DNA of 39,831 nucleotides from a virus (Duplodnaviria; Heunggongvirae; Uroviricota; Caudoviricetes): IMG/VR virus record IMGVR_UViG_2802429220_000013; one strand, 5' to 3'. Shown piece by piece: positions 38,899 to 39,831 of this stretch (position 1 is its first letter; each line of letters starts with the position of its first letter). The notes under the pieces were generated by a model. It saw only the letters and a program-made list of their open reading frames with translations, ran no database searches and was not told where the DNA came from. The position numbers and the translations under genes were made by a program.

Positions 38899-39831
38899 TT
38901 ATGCCGGGTTTTTATCATTTTTCTTAATGTTTTCCGCACGTTCTGCTTTTTGTCGTGCTTCTGCTTTGCGCTTGTTGCTCATGTCGTTACGGATCTGTGC
39001 ATGACTCATTAACGCGAAGATAAAGGTGCCGCCGCAGATGTTTCCTGCCAGAGTAGGTAACGCGAAGGGCCAGATGAAATCGCTCCAGTGCAGCGTGCCG
39101 TTAAATACCAGATAGAGGATTTCTACAGAACCGACAACGATGTGGGTGGTGTCTCCGAGGGCGATAAGCCAGGTCATTAATATAATCACTACAATCTTTG
39201 CCGCACCCGCTGCAGGAAACATCCATACCATAGTGGCGATCAGCCAGCCGGAAATGATCGCGTTGGCAAACATCTCACTGGGGGTGTTCTTCATCACATC
39301 CATGCCGATTTTTACAAATGCATCGCGAGTTTCTTCATTAAAGATAGGCATATATTCAAATGCCCACGCCGCAATACCTGTCCCGAGAATATTCCCCAGC
39401 AGCACGACGCCCCATAACCGCATAAGTAAGCCGACGTTACTCATTGTCGGTTTTTGCATGACGGGTAGTACCGCAGTCACGGTGTTTTCGGTAAATAATT
39501 GTTGGCGGGCCATAATGACGATAATAAAGCCAAAGGTATAACCGAGATTCTCCAGCAAGAAACTGCCCGGCACGCCTTCCAGTTCGACATGAAATATCCC
39601 TTTTGCCAGTAGTGAAGCGCCCATCGACAGACCCGCCGCAATGGCTGACCACAGTAGCGCCATTGCGTCGCGTTCCAGCTCTTTTTCACCATCCTGGCGG
39701 ATATGTTCATGAATTGCCATCGCCCGGGAGGGGAGTCGGTCTTCATCTATTTCTATTTTTTTGCCGCGTTCTTTTTCTTCGCTCTCAACTTCAATTTCGT
39801 CGCTGTGTTGATCAATTTTGTCGTTGTCCAT
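38899..39831 (-). CDS. yfdC: Formate/nitrite transporter family inner-membrane protein YfdC (host)
   Basis: 310-aa ORF with multiple TM segments, complete (start codon is the last triplet of the window); matches K-12 YfdC context next to argW. Confidence 0.8.
   Translation of the reverse strand: MDNDKIDQHSDEIEVESEEKERGKKIEIDEDRLPSRAMAIHEHIRQDGEKELERDAMALLWSAIAAGLSMGASLLAKGIFHVELEGVPGSFLLENLGYTFGFIIVIMARQQLFTENTVTAVLPVMQKPTMSNVGLLMRLWGVVLLGNILGTGIAAWAFEYMPIFNEETRDAFVKIGMDVMKNTPSEMFANAIISGWLIATMVWMFPAAGAAKIVVIILMTWLIALGDTTHIVVGSVEILYLVFNGTLHWSDFIWPFALPTLAGNICGGTFIFALMSHAQIRNDMSNKRKAEARQKAERAENIKKNDKNPA

Overview
This window is an Escherichia coli-type chromosomal segment at the argW tRNA locus carrying a complete-looking lambdoid prophage of about 37 kb (about 1678-38763). 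Host flanks are the sucrose permease gene cscB on the left (1-1248) and tRNA-Arg argW plus yfdC on the right. The prophage is bounded by a 21-bp direct repeat (1678-1698 and 38743-38763) that includes the 3' end of argW. It is a mosaic: the morphogenetic genes are P22-like podovirus type (Sf6/HK620/CUS-3 style: terminase, portal, scaffold, coat, gp4/10/26, ejection proteins gp14/7/20/16, immI with mnt-arc-ant, tailspike with P22-type head-binding N-terminus) and the integrase is IntS-like, while the immunity region (cI, cro, cII, N, oL/oR operators, nutL/nutR), the nin genes and the lysis cassette (S, R, Rz/Rz1) are lambda-type; replication uses an O-like initiator plus a DnaB-family helicase. 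Two tRNA genes lie between Q and S. The early-left arm has RecT, cIII-like and Kil-like genes and a run of small unknown genes. The best candidates for an undescribed system are cargo genes at known exclusion hotspots: a 173-aa gene replacing rexAB between cI and pL, a 207-aa gene just downstream of N, and a lipoprotein plus an HExxH-motif protein in the sieA slot between gp16 and mnt. All identifications are from reading the sequence and recalled protein sequences; no database search was run.
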